This document shows positions 9,139 through 19,066 of a stretch of 64,000 nucleotides of DNA, piece after piece. Source of the stretch: an uncultured Gammaproteobacteria bacterium (lineage in GTDB: Bacteria; Patescibacteriota; Microgenomatia; UBA12405); NCBI GenBank assembly GCA_964544275.1, contig CAZIZX010000003.1, positions 107,705 through 171,704 of the forward strand, in the 5' to 3' direction. The position numbers were made by a program, and so were the translations under genes. Every line of letters starts with the position of its first letter. Positions within the stretch are counted from its first letter, which is position 1. The notes beneath the pieces are model-generated. The model did not search any database and was not told where the DNA came from. It saw nothing but the letters and a program-made list of their open reading frames with translations.

Positions 9139-10611
9139 TTGATGTTGACTATTCTTTCAAAATATCGCTTTTGGATCATCCTTTTTTTACTCTTCTTTTT
9201 CCTTCGCCTACCGTCTTTTTTTGAACCCTATTGGTATGGCGATGAAGGTATTTATCTGGTTTTGGGTCAGGCCGTTAGAAGGGGGCTGACACTTTATCAG
9301 CAAATTCATGACAATAAACCCCCAACTCTTTACTATCTGGCCGCCCTGTCTCACACGGTTTTTGGCTTTCGCCTTCTTTTGACTCTGATCATGATTCCGA
9401 CAATCATTTTGTTTTATCGCTTATCCCAGAATTTTTTCACTCTTCGCCTTTCCCGCATCGCCACCTTTATTTTTACTCTAGTTTCCTCCATTCCTCTTAT
9501 CGAAGGTACTATTGCCAATGCCGAAGTTTTTATGTTACTGCCGACCATACTGGCAATTATTCTTTTGCTCTCCCCCAGAAGAAAGCTTTCTTATCTGATT
9601 TCTGGACTCCTCCTAGGTGTTGCGTTTACCATTAAAGTCCCCGTTGCTATCGAACTTTTATTTTTAATCCTCTGGGTTAAACTCGAAGAATTGGATTTTT
9701 CTATAAAAAAGATAAAATCCAAAATTAAACCTATCTTTATTAAAGTTATTTTGCTTTCCCTTGGCTTTGCTTTACCTGTTATCGCCTTAAGTTTATACTA
9801 TTTCATTCACCAGGCGGGCGATGATTTTCTTTTCGCCGCCTTTCTCCAAAACTTTGGTTATTTGTCTTCCTGGAGCACTGGCACCCACACTTCTTCCGTC
9901 GCCTCAGGTGGGTTAATAACCAGATTCATCGTCATGCTTTTTTCTTGGATCGTCCTCCTTGGCCTGTACTTTCTTCGCGCTCTAAACAAGAAGTTCCTAT
10001 TTATTTTCCTTTGGCTGTCGGCCACCATTTTTGGCGCTCTTCTTCCTGCTCGTCCTTACCCCCACTATCTTATTCAGGTGCTTCCGCCTTTGGTTCTGGT
10101 AATCACCAGTCTTTTTCTTCACCATCAACGGTCAATTAAATCAATTTCTTTAATTGCTATTTTTATTTTGGTTACTCTGACAATAAAATATAAGTTTTAC
10201 TATTTTCCCGTCCTTACTTACTATAAAAACTTTTACTCTTACGCTTTAGGCCAAAAAAGCATCCAGGACTATCGACAGTTTTTTGGGCCTCAGGTTAATC
10301 AAAATTACCAAATTTCCCAATATATCAAGAACCATACTTTTCCCGACGATCGGATTTACGTTTGGGGTGATGAACCCTATATTTACGCTCTTTCCGACCG
10401 AATACCATCAGGGAAATATACCGTCGCCTATCATGTTGTTGATTTCAAAGGCCATGAACCAACCATTGAATCATTCAAAGCCCACCCACCCAAATATATC
10501 ATTTATTTTGTCATGCCCCATCGACCCTTTCCTCAACTTGATAAGTTTATTCTCAAGTATTATTCTCTCGACAACCTTATTGGTTCAGCCTATATTTTTA
10601 AGAAGCGTTGA
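9139..10611 (+). CDS. GT-C fold glycosyltransferase (PMT_2 / ArnT-like, GT39/GT83 family)
   Basis: 490 aa polytopic membrane protein. N-terminal YGDEGIYLVLGQAV...HDNKPPTLYYL resembles the DE...KPPL motif of PMT_2/ArnT-family enzymes. Confidence 0.5.
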   Translation: MMLTILSKYRFWIILFLLFFFLRLPSFFEPYWYGDEGIYLVLGQAVRRGLTLYQQIHDNKPPTLYYLAALSHTVFGFRLLLTLIMIPTIILFYRLSQNFFTLRLSRIATFIFTLVSSIPLIEGTIANAEVFMLLPTILAIILLLSPRRKLSYLISGLLLGVAFTIKVPVAIELLFLILWVKLEELDFSIKKIKSKIKPIFIKVILLSLGFALPVIALSLYYFIHQAGDDFLFAAFLQNFGYLSSWSTGTHTSSVASGGLITRFIVMLFSWIVLLGLYFLRALNKKFLFIFLWLSATIFGALLPARPYPHYLIQVLPPLVLVITSLFLHHQRSIKSISLIAIFILVTLTIKYKFYYFPVLTYYKNFYSYALGQKSIQDYRQFFGPQVNQNYQISQYIKNHTFPDDRIYVWGDEPYIYALSDRIPSGKYTVAYHVVDFKGHEPTIESFKAHPPKYIIYFVMPHRPFPQLDKFILKYYSLDNLIGSAYIFKKR

Positions 10612-10617
10612 TCATTA

Positions 10618-11001
10618 ATGGCCAACATCATTCACTCACTTTCTCTTAACTTATCTTATTTGGGTAAGTTTTGGCAGGAAAAAGCCAACCAGGTTGTCTT
10701 TCGCTGGAACATCTTTTTTATAATCTTTAGTATCGGTTTTCTGATTCTTAAATTTAGCAGTCTCCCCTCCCAGGTACCTTTCTATTTTTCCTTACCTTGG
10801 GGTGAATCCCAACTAACTTCTGCCTCAACGCTCTTCCTTCTTCCCACTTTTTCCATAATCATTGCCACCATCAACAATCTCTTGGCTGCCTATATTTCTC
10901 GCACTCAAACTCTTTTTTCCCGACTTCTTGTCATTTTTTCTCTTTTATTTTCTTTTCTTTCCACCGTTGCTTTGGTTAATATTATCTTTCTTGTTGCTTA
11001 A
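10618..11001 (+). CDS. small 4-TM membrane protein (GtrA-like size, function unknown)
   Basis: 127 aa, all hydrophobic. Sits between the GT-C and GT4 genes with a 4-nt start/stop overlap to each. Confidence 0.3.
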   Translation: MANIIHSLSLNLSYLGKFWQEKANQVVFRWNIFFIIFSIGFLILKFSSLPSQVPFYFSLPWGESQLTSASTLFLLPTFSIIIATINNLLAAYISRTQTLFSRLLVIFSLLFSFLSTVALVNIIFLVA

Positions 11002-12023
11002 TGATCTCTTGGTTTTTGTTAGCCATAGCTATCTCATTCTTAATTAGCCTTGTTCTGACTCCGATGGTCAGAAATTTTTTTGTGTCCCGCAATTGGATCG
11101 AAGACCCTCAACACAAACAAAAGAAAACTCAGAATGCTACCGCCCAAACTCCAGTACCCCGTGGTGGCGGCCTCCCAGTGTTTTTCAGTGTATTAATTAC
11201 CTCTTTAATTTTGTTACCTGTAGATCGACATCTTTTGGCAATCCTCGTGGCTTCCTTTCTTACCTTGCTCATCGGTTTTTGGGATGATTTGCGAGACATT
11301 AGCCCTCATTTACGTTTATTAACCAACATTGCTGCTGCCGTTATCGTTGTTGCCTCAGGTATAGGAATTGCCTATGTTTCCAATCCTTTTGGTGGAATTA
11401 TCCATTTTTCCCAGAATTTATGGCTCCTGCCTGCCCTGTTGGCCATTTTCTGGATTACCTGGTGTATGAACACTGTCGGCTGGGCTGCTGGCGTCGAAGG
11501 CCAGCTTCCTGGTTTCGTTTCTATTGCCGCCATCTTTATCGGTATTTTAGGATTACGTTATTCCTCCGATATCACTCAGTGGCCAGTCATTATTCTAGCC
11601 GGCGCTGTTGCTGGTTCCTACTTGGGCTTCCTTCCTTTCAACTTCTTTCCCCAAACGATTATGCCCGGTTACAGCGGCAAAAGTTTAGCTGGATTTTATC
11701 TTTCCGTCCTCTCTATTCTGTCCGGAGCCAAACTTGCCACCCTTGTCCTGCTGCTTGGCATTCCTATGCTTGATGCTTTTTGGGTTATCCTGAAAAGGCT
11801 CAAACAAGGTAAGTCACCTTTCCGCTCAGACGCCAATCATCTTCATCATCAACTATTAAAAATTGGCTGGAGCCGTCGGCAAATTGCTCTCTTATACTGG
11901 TCAATTACTCTTACACTAGGACTTATCTCGCTCTTCCTCAATAGTCAGCAGAAATTCTACGTTTTTCTTGGTCTGGCCATATTGTTTTTTCTGTCTGTTT
12001 TTAGAATTTCTCGGCGTATTTAG
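11001..12023 (+). CDS. polyprenyl-phosphate sugar-1-phosphate transferase (MraY/WecA family, GT4)
   Basis: 340 aa polytopic protein. GFWDDLRDISP (DD motif) and NTVGWAAGVEGQ (the N..N.DG.DGL-like motif) are typical of WecA/MraY. Confidence 0.65.
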   Translation: MISWFLLAIAISFLISLVLTPMVRNFFVSRNWIEDPQHKQKKTQNATAQTPVPRGGGLPVFFSVLITSLILLPVDRHLLAILVASFLTLLIGFWDDLRDISPHLRLLTNIAAAVIVVASGIGIAYVSNPFGGIIHFSQNLWLLPALLAIFWITWCMNTVGWAAGVEGQLPGFVSIAAIFIGILGLRYSSDITQWPVIILAGAVAGSYLGFLPFNFFPQTIMPGYSGKSLAGFYLSVLSILSGAKLATLVLLLGIPMLDAFWVILKRLKQGKSPFRSDANHLHHQLLKIGWSRRQIALLYWSITLTLGLISLFLNSQQKFYVFLGLAILFFLSVFRISRRI

Positions 12024-12801
12024 CCGAGATCCACCCTTCAGTTCCGTTTTTCAAAGAAATTTTATACCACTCTCCCTCTTCTTCAATCAGGTCATAGTCT
12101 TCTCCTGGATTAACCCTTGCTACTTCACTGGCATTATTCGAAGCAGCGCTCCGTACTCTCAACCAACCCGTCTCGGTTTCTTTAATTTTCACTTTTTCGC
12201 TACCAGCCTCAAGCTCACTCACAATTTTTTCGCTGTCTACTGGCACGTACTCGCCTGCAACTTCTTCCCTGGCCAACTTACTTTCTACAATTAACTGATA
12301 CCCTTTTATGGCCTTTACATAAACATTAACACCCTTATATCCTGGATACGATATTGTTATTTGTCGATCTCCTTCTCCCACATCATCTAATTTAATAGGG
12401 GAGTATCCCTTGATTTCTCCGTCAACTGCTACAGCACACTTATTCGGTACTGCATTTATCAGTAACCCTGCTTTGTTTGTATCTCCTGTCTTTTCCAAAA
12501 ACAAAATATATCCACCACTGGATTTTTCAGATTTACCGATTTCCCAGTCGATTACTGTATTGATATTGTTTCTTAATTCAACCGCCCTTGACCACTCCCT
12601 GTCTGCCCCTACCAACCTTACTTCTAATTTCCCGGGAGTTAAAGAGGTGTTTTTATAGGGAGTCATCCCCGCTTCTTTTCCGTTAATGTATACTTTGGCT
12701 GTTGGATAACTCATGATCTCAATACCCGATTTTTGGGGCACCAAGTTACACCCGCCCAACACCACCGCCGCCAACAATATTATCACTATCCTTTTTGCCA
12801 T
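12001..12801 (-). CDS. lipoprotein with PEGA-like and C-terminal SH3b domains
   Basis: Lipobox LGGCNL and PEGA-like ISYPGYKGVNVYVK. C-terminal GWLRVRSAASNNASEVARVNPGEDYDLIEEEGEWYKISLKNGTEGWISAKY is typical bacterial SH3. Confidence 0.5.
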   Translation of the reverse strand: MAKRIVIILLAAVVLGGCNLVPQKSGIEIMSYPTAKVYINGKEAGMTPYKNTSLTPGKLEVRLVGADREWSRAVELRNNINTVIDWEIGKSEKSSGGYILFLEKTGDTNKAGLLINAVPNKCAVAVDGEIKGYSPIKLDDVGEGDRQITISYPGYKGVNVYVKAIKGYQLIVESKLAREEVAGEYVPVDSEKIVSELEAGSEKVKIKETETGWLRVRSAASNNASEVARVNPGEDYDLIEEEGEWYKISLKNGTEGWISAKYAEKF

Positions 12802-12830
12802 GCACCTATTTTATAATAAAGTAACTCCTC

Positions 12831-13823
12831 ATGTCGAAATCATTTTGGAAAACTATTCTATTATTACTCCTAATTTGCGTCATTTATCTTGCCTTTCTTA
12901 GTTTTTACCCGCACCCCTCATCTCTCCAGCCAGGCTCAAATTCTTCAAATCAATCCCAACCCGAACCGACAACCCCAATCGCCACCCCCACTCCCGCCTT
13001 GGTTACCATTGGTTTAGTCGGAGATTTGGGCTTAGGTCGCCACATTACTTCCACCGCTAGATCCAAAAACGACTTTTCCTGGAGTTTTCAGGGGACTACC
13101 GGCTGGCTTATTCAAAACGATTTTAATTTAGCTAATTTGGAAAGCCCAATTATTGATAATTGTCCTCACGGACCAACCGGCACTTTCACCTTTTGCGGCG
13201 ACACTCGCTTTCTTCCGTACTTGCAGCAAAATAAATTTTTCTTTAATCTTTCTAATAACCATATCCTCAACTATGGCCAAAGTGGCCTGACCCAGACGAA
13301 AAATTACCTCAATCAAATTCAGGTTCCCTTTGTCTATTCTCACTCACCTCAAAGCGAATTTACCCGTCATTCCGCCAACGGCATTACTCTTGGATTGCTG
13401 GGTTACGATTTCGTCACCTATCCCGATTTTGATCAAAAATCAGTTTTGGACAAGGTAGAACAATATAATTCACAAGTAGATTGGCTAATTGTATCTATCC
13501 ACTGGGGCAATGAATACCTTCCTCAACCCGAAACCTGGCGGGTTAAGTTTGCTCATCAGTTAATTGATGCTGGCGCTGATATCATTCATGGCCACCATCC
13601 GCACGTTTGGCAGGAACCTGAAACCTACAACGGTAAACTAATTTACTACTCTTTCGGTAACTTTATCTTTGATCAAAGTTGGTCGTACGAAACTTCTCAC
13701 ACCAACATAGTTCGTTTAACATTAACTCAAAACGAAGTTGTCGATAATCAAACTTTTCCCGTAGAAATCAAATTTAATTCTCAGCCGGTACTCTTGCCCA
13801 GACCCACTTCTTCCTTACTGTAA
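12831..13823 (+). CDS. CapA/PGA_cap family metallophosphoesterase-like protein
   Basis: 330 aa with signal/TM. VSIHWGNEY...HGHHPHVWQ matches CapA family motifs. Confidence 0.6.
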   Translation: MSKSFWKTILLLLLICVIYLAFLSFYPHPSSLQPGSNSSNQSQPEPTTPIATPTPALVTIGLVGDLGLGRHITSTARSKNDFSWSFQGTTGWLIQNDFNLANLESPIIDNCPHGPTGTFTFCGDTRFLPYLQQNKFFFNLSNNHILNYGQSGLTQTKNYLNQIQVPFVYSHSPQSEFTRHSANGITLGLLGYDFVTYPDFDQKSVLDKVEQYNSQVDWLIVSIHWGNEYLPQPETWRVKFAHQLIDAGADIIHGHHPHVWQEPETYNGKLIYYSFGNFIFDQSWSYETSHTNIVRLTLTQNEVVDNQTFPVEIKFNSQPVLLPRPTSSLL

Positions 13824-14389
13824 CTTGACATTTCTTTTAGCGCTTCTACAGCATCTTCCGGGGTCAACACTACCCTGACCACATCTTCTTCAATCTTTTC
13901 GAAATTCAAGTCTTTAACTATTGTCGGCACTATATTTTTCCAACATTCACCCACAAAAACCAAAGGTTCATGCTCTCCGTATTCAAACTTTGCCATTTGC
14001 CAGGTCATGCCCACCTCTGACAATGTTCCTGTCCCACCCTTGAAAATTAAAAAAGCGTCTGCTATTTCAATTAATTTATTTAATCTGTCCGAATAACAAT
14101 CGGTAGTAATCACTACATCGGCCGCCGTCACATTTTCTTCACTTACTCCTTCATAATTAGCCGGTTGCTTGGCAGGGTCCAAGACAACCACTTCCACCCT
14201 TCCCTCCGCTTCTTTGGCCCCCAAGGTGGCTGCTTGCATTACTCCTGGCCCGCCTCCATTGACGACTATATAACCGGCCCGTGCCAACAATCTTCCGGTC
14301 TCCATTGCCTGTAAATAGTGAATATCACTCGAATTAGCTGCTCCATCCCCCAAAATTGCCACCCGCATAATTCTTTTAGTTGTCTTCAT
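13781..14389 (-). CDS. LOG family protein (TIGR00730, cytokinin riboside 5'-monophosphate phosphoribohydrolase-like)
   Basis: GGGPGVMQAATLGA and FKGGTGTLSE motifs. 202 aa. Confidence 0.65.
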   Translation of the reverse strand: MKTTKRIMRVAILGDGAANSSDIHYLQAMETGRLLARAGYIVVNGGGPGVMQAATLGAKEAEGRVEVVVLDPAKQPANYEGVSEENVTAADVVITTDCYSDRLNKLIEIADAFLIFKGGTGTLSEVGMTWQMAKFEYGEHEPLVFVGECWKNIVPTIVKDLNFEKIEEDVVRVVLTPEDAVEALKEMSSYSKEEVGLGKSTG

Positions 14390-15018
14390 ATCATTAATTT
14401 TAAACTAAAAAAATTTTTTTCCACATTTCCTCCAAAAATTGCCCCTCCCACATAAACTATATCTACTCCCGCCTCCTTGTAGCGGCCAATATTTTCACCG
14501 CTTACTCCTCCGTCGACGCCAATTACAAACTCCAACCCTCTTTCTTTTCTGATTCTATTTAACTTTTCTATTCTGTCAAAAATGTTTACCTCTGTTTCGG
14601 CTTCACCAAAACCCGCTTTTCTGGCCATCAATAACACCGCATCAATCTCATCTGGTATATCCTTAACTTCGCTTCCAACATCAAACGCTAACCCCGCTTC
14701 CATTCCACTATCTTTCACCTTTCCAATAAAGTTCCCTCTGTTCCTCATCATTTCCACCTGACCAATAACTCTCACTGCTCCCACATAAACACATTTTTCG
14801 ATCCATTTTTCCGGCTCTTTTACCATCAAGTGAATATCCCACAATAGTTGTTGTTCTTCGGCCAATCGGCTCAAAAGTTCCAGTTCGAACGATTTTCCTG
14901 GTGTAAAAATCCCGTCAATTACGTCAACTTGTGCCCATTTAACCAAATCTTTAATCAAGTCAATTTTCGTTTCTGCACTGACAAACTCTTTGTCCAGGAT
15001 CGTCGGAATTATATCCAT
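14386..15018 (-). CDS. rpe: ribulose-phosphate 3-epimerase
   Basis: IIPTILDKEF, DIHLMV, VDGGV and GGAIFG align with Rpe motifs (IAPSILSADF, DVHLMV, VDGGV, GSAIF). Confidence 0.7.
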   Translation of the reverse strand: MDIIPTILDKEFVSAETKIDLIKDLVKWAQVDVIDGIFTPGKSFELELLSRLAEEQQLLWDIHLMVKEPEKWIEKCVYVGAVRVIGQVEMMRNRGNFIGKVKDSGMEAGLAFDVGSEVKDIPDEIDAVLLMARKAGFGEAETEVNIFDRIEKLNRIRKERGLEFVIGVDGGVSGENIGRYKEAGVDIVYVGGAIFGGNVEKNFFSLKLMI

Positions 15019-15021
15019 TTT

Positions 15022-16062
15022 TTATTTATTTACATGGCATGCCATTTCAACCAACCGGCAGCTGTAACCATATTCATTATCATACCACGCACCAATTGAG
15101 ACCATATCATCCGACACCACCTTTGTCATTCGTGCATCCACAATACACGATGCATTGTTTCCAATAATGTCGCTCGATACCAAAGGTTCATAGGACACTT
15201 TCAGCTTGCCCACCATCTGTGTTGAAAAGCTGGCTTCTTCGAATAGAGAATTAATTTCTTCCACTGTTACCCTCCGCACTAACTTAAATGTCAAATCGGA
15301 ATACGACCCGCATACTACCGGCACCCTTATGGCCGTTCCCGTAAATCTGCCTCTAGCCTCGGGATAAGCCGCAATCACTGACTCGGCCGCCCCTGTAGAG
15401 GTTGGTACGATATTGATCGCTGCCGCCCTGGCTCTTCGCGGATCCTTGCTTACCCCATCTACAATATTTTGATTAGTTGTATAAGCATGAATTGTGGTCA
15501 GTACCCCCTCTTGAAATCCAATTTTCTCATCAATTAGTTTTACTATTCCGGCCACACAATTGGTGGTGCACGACCCGTTAGACACCAATTTCTCCTCTCT
15601 ATATTCATTCTCGTTTACTCCTAATATAAATATTGGAATCGATGCATCCTTCGGCGGAGCCGAAATCACCACCTTTTTGGCTCCGGCCTTAATATGTGCC
15701 TCTGCCTTCTTGTCAACAAACGCTCCGGTACACTCCAAAACCACGTCCACCCCGTATCTTTTCCATGGAATTTTTAAAGGATTCATTTCTCCCAGTATTG
15801 GAATTTCAATATCTCCTGCCACCAACCTTCCAATCTCGGCTGCTTTTTTCGGATCAACACCTTCAACTTTAAGGGGGATTCTTCCATAAACGGAATCATA
15901 TTTAAATTGAAAAGCCACGTCTTCAATTCCGTATTCTCCGGTCGTATTTATTGCCACCACCTCAACATCATATTTTTCCATCAAAATCGCTCTCAAAGCC
16001 ACCGTCCCGATTCGTCCGAAACCATTTATAGCGATCCGAGTCTGCTTTTTATTTTTTTTCAT
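15022..16062 (-). CDS. gap: glyceraldehyde-3-phosphate dehydrogenase
   Basis: INGFGRIGT Rossmann motif and the SCTTNC active-site motif. 346 aa. Confidence 0.85.
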   Translation of the reverse strand: MKKNKKQTRIAINGFGRIGTVALRAILMEKYDVEVVAINTTGEYGIEDVAFQFKYDSVYGRIPLKVEGVDPKKAAEIGRLVAGDIEIPILGEMNPLKIPWKRYGVDVVLECTGAFVDKKAEAHIKAGAKKVVISAPPKDASIPIFILGVNENEYREEKLVSNGSCTTNCVAGIVKLIDEKIGFQEGVLTTIHAYTTNQNIVDGVSKDPRRARAAAINIVPTSTGAAESVIAAYPEARGRFTGTAIRVPVVCGSYSDLTFKLVRRVTVEEINSLFEEASFSTQMVGKLKVSYEPLVSSDIIGNNASCIVDARMTKVVSDDMVSIGAWYDNEYGYSCRLVEMACHVNK

Positions 16063-16087
16063 AACAACATATTAAACTAAATAACGC

Positions 16088-17101
16088 TTATTCAAAAGTC
16101 GGTAGGCTGCCTTTTGTTAGCAATTCCAGCATCACCCCTCCTCCGGAGGCCACCAGGTCGATCTTGTTCGACAATCCCAATTTCAAGATTGACGCCCCCG
16201 TGTCTCCACCGGCAATTACCTTATAAGTTTCACTTTCTGCAATTGCTCTGGCAATTTCCTCAGTTCCTTTTCTATTGTCCTCCAACTCATAATAACCCAT
16301 TGCTCCAGCCCAGATGATAGTCTTTGATTTCTTAATTATGTCTTTAAATTTTTCTATATCATTATCACTCAAATCCAAACCATCATCTTTCAACTCGGCT
16401 ACTACGGCTTCACCCTTATCACCTTCTATAATTTTTGGCAATTTGCCCCCCACCAATACGTGATCAGCAATCTTGCTTAATTCCGGCAGATAATCCAGCT
16501 TGTCTTTCTTGGCTCCACCCAAAACCACAGTCAGCGGTCTTCGGGGTTCTTTAATAACCTTCAGAATTTTTTCTGCCTCTGCTACAAAACTTAAACCATA
16601 ATATCCAGGTATTTTTTGCCACAGCATAGTCGAGGCATTCTTTCGGTGAGCTACAGCAAAAGCATCATTTACATAAGCTTGTGCCAGTTTAATTATCGGT
16701 TCCAAAAAACTAAAATCGCCCTCTTCCTCCTCCTTCCAAAATCTCATATTTTCCAAAAACACTATTTGATTTATCTCCAACCCTTTTTCAATTATCTTTT
16801 TATCAATTTCCTCCACAAATACGCTATCAATCGTATTTTCACCCTCTGGTTCTAACAAGCTCATCAGCTCAAGATAAACCGGCTTTAGGGAATATACGGC
16901 CTCTCTTTTTTGCGGTCTACCCATATGCCCCAAAATAATAATCCGACACCTTTTCTGCAATAACAACCTGATCGTTTCCACCGACTTTTTCAACCTGCTG
17001 TTATCCAAAATTATACCCTCACTTACCGGCAAATCGCTGTCAATTCTCAAAACCACCCTCAAACCCTCTTTTACTCCTTCCACCGATCTAAGTATTTTCA
17101 T
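16088..17101 (-). CDS. pgk: phosphoglycerate kinase (short form)
   Basis: N-terminal RVVLRIDSDLPV and C-terminal ASGGGVMLELL resemble PGK N- and C-terminal motifs. 337 aa is shorter than the typical ~395. Confidence 0.65.
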   Translation of the reverse strand: MKILRSVEGVKEGLRVVLRIDSDLPVSEGIILDNSRLKKSVETIRLLLQKRCRIIILGHMGRPQKREAVYSLKPVYLELMSLLEPEGENTIDSVFVEEIDKKIIEKGLEINQIVFLENMRFWKEEEEGDFSFLEPIIKLAQAYVNDAFAVAHRKNASTMLWQKIPGYYGLSFVAEAEKILKVIKEPRRPLTVVLGGAKKDKLDYLPELSKIADHVLVGGKLPKIIEGDKGEAVVAELKDDGLDLSDNDIEKFKDIIKKSKTIIWAGAMGYYELEDNRKGTEEIARAIAESETYKVIAGGDTGASILKLGLSNKIDLVASGGGVMLELLTKGSLPTFE

Positions 17102-17534
17102 AAATTTTAATTTTATTAACTCTTCTCAGATGTCTTTCTTCCGAACTAAACTGCGTTTCCAAAAATACCCGAACTAACTCTACGTTTATGTCTTCGTCCA
17201 CAAAATCAGCGCTCAGGCACAAAACGTTCATATCATCGTCTTCTTTTGCCAACCTGACTTGTTTTTCTGATATCCCCATGCCCGCCCTTACTCCTTTTAC
17301 TTTATTGGCAGCCACACACATTCCTACTCCCGAACCGCAAATCAGGATACCCACATTTCTACCAATTACTACAGCTTCTCCCACTTTTATTGCAAAATCC
17401 GTATAATCGTCCTCGTTGTCATACTTTTGGTTACCCAGATCAACTACATCATAACCCCAAGTTCTTATCTCATCTTTTATCCGCTCTTTCAATTTAAAAC
17501 CCCGATGGTCAGATCCCACTATCACCGTTTTCAT
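17088..17534 (-). CDS. rpiB: ribose-5-phosphate isomerase B
   Basis: IVGSDHRGFKLKE...GILICGSGVGMCVAANKVKGVRA is typical RpiB/LacAB. 148 aa. Confidence 0.8.
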   Translation of the reverse strand: MKTVIVGSDHRGFKLKERIKDEIRTWGYDVVDLGNQKYDNEDDYTDFAIKVGEAVVIGRNVGILICGSGVGMCVAANKVKGVRAGMGISEKQVRLAKEDDDMNVLCLSADFVDEDINVELVRVFLETQFSSEERHLRRVNKIKIYENT

Positions 17535-17569
17535 AAGATAATAATAACCAATGCTTTACAATAATCAAA

Positions 17570-18268
17570 ATGGACACTATTAAAATAGGGGACCAACTTT
17601 ATAAATATTCCTTGAAAAGAAAGTCGATTCGCTCTCTTAGGCTCAAACTGAAATCCCGTAATTCTTTTGAAATCACTTGTCCTCTTCTTACTCCTAGTTT
17701 TACAATCACTCGCTTTCTTGCTCAAAATAGCAACTGGATAATAAAAAATAGCCAAAAGATACACAAGATATCTCCCGTAACTTCCCTCAGGCATATCTCT
17801 ATCATTGGTGAAAAATATCAATTTCTTATCGCCAAAGCATCGAAACAATCGCTCATTATCAATCAAAAAGAACACAAAATTTATCTGTATACCAAACAAA
17901 TAACCCAATCCCACGTTAAAAATTTATTTGAAAAAGAATTCAAAAAAGTATCCCTTTCTCTAATCAAGTACCATTTAAATCAACTCAAAATCCAATATGG
18001 CTTTACTTATAACCGGGTTTCAGTCAAAAATCAACGTTCTCGCTTCGCTTCCTGTTCATCACAAGGTAATTTAAATTTTAATTGGCAAATTATATTTTTC
18101 CCTGCCGATAAATTTCTTCACCTTCTTCTTCATGAGTTAACTCATCTTGACATCAAAAATCATTCCAAAAGTTTCTATGACCAACTGGGGAAATACGATC
18201 CAAATTATAAAGCCAACAACCGCTGGCTTTCCACCCAGGGCCGAAAACATTACCTTATCCAGCCCTAA
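17570..18268 (+). CDS. YgjP/DUF45 (WLM-like) metal-dependent hydrolase
   Basis: C-terminal HELTHLDIKNHSKSFYDQL holds an HExxH zinc motif with the NHS..FW-like YgjP pattern. Confidence 0.55.
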   Translation: MDTIKIGDQLYKYSLKRKSIRSLRLKLKSRNSFEITCPLLTPSFTITRFLAQNSNWIIKNSQKIHKISPVTSLRHISIIGEKYQFLIAKASKQSLIINQKEHKIYLYTKQITQSHVKNLFEKEFKKVSLSLIKYHLNQLKIQYGFTYNRVSVKNQRSRFASCSSQGNLNFNWQIIFFPADKFLHLLLHELTHLDIKNHSKSFYDQLGKYDPNYKANNRWLSTQGRKHYLIQP

Positions 18269-19029
18269 AACTCAATTTCTATTCCCACCGGACTATGGTC
18301 TGAACCCATCACTTCATCCAAGATAAATGCCTCTTTTACTTTTGGCATTAAACTCTCATCCACGAACACATAATCAATTCTCCAGCCAACGTTTCGCAAC
18401 CTTGCCCTGCTCCTCTGGCTCCACCAGGAATATTTAACCTTATTTGGTTGTAAAGCCCGGAAAGTGTCCACATATCCGTTTTCAACCACCTTGTCAATCC
18501 ATCTTCTTTCCTCTTTCAGAAATCCCGATATTAGTTCATTTTCCTTCGGCCTGGCCAGATCCATCTCTCGGTGAGCTGTATTCACATCCCCCAGAAAGAT
18601 TATTTTCTCTCCCTGGCTCCTTAGATTATTTATATACTTCAAAAAATACTCATAAAAATCCATCTTATAAAACAGTCTGGCCTTACTCATCTTACCGTTA
18701 GGAAAATATACATTAAGTAAAGTAAACTCGTTAAATTTTGTTATCAATACTCGTCCTTCTTTATCAAAATCTTCATTTTCCATTCCATTTATAATCATCT
18801 TTGGTTCAATTTTAGTGTAAGTTGCTATTCCCGAATAACCCGCCCTTTCCGCCGAATTCCAATAACTGTAATAATTATCGGGTAAGCTGGCTCCCTCAGG
18901 CACCTGTTCTGCCATCGCCTTCACTTCCTGGAAGCAAAAAATATCCGCCCTCTCACTTTTCATAAATCCACCTAATCCTTTTTTGGCAGCCGCCCTTATC
19001 CCGTTAATATTCCACGATATTATTTTCAT
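18265..19029 (-). CDS. xth: exodeoxyribonuclease III
   Basis: MKIISWNINGIR N-terminus, then the conserved QE..., NTAH..., WS..SRAR and GSDHSP motifs of the ExoIII/APE1 family. Confidence 0.85.
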   Translation of the reverse strand: MKIISWNINGIRAAAKKGLGGFMKSERADIFCFQEVKAMAEQVPEGASLPDNYYSYWNSAERAGYSGIATYTKIEPKMIINGMENEDFDKEGRVLITKFNEFTLLNVYFPNGKMSKARLFYKMDFYEYFLKYINNLRSQGEKIIFLGDVNTAHREMDLARPKENELISGFLKEERRWIDKVVENGYVDTFRALQPNKVKYSWWSQRSRARLRNVGWRIDYVFVDESLMPKVKEAFILDEVMGSDHSPVGIEIEF

Positions 19030-19066
19030 CTTTATAAATTATTTTATCAGTAGTACACTTAAATTC

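Noticed and set aside
17531-17914. 127-aa minus-strand ORF overlapping the start of the YgjP/DUF45 gene
   Set aside because: It is entirely antisense to a better-supported plus-strand gene that carries a clear HExxH motif. It has no motif or signal of its own.
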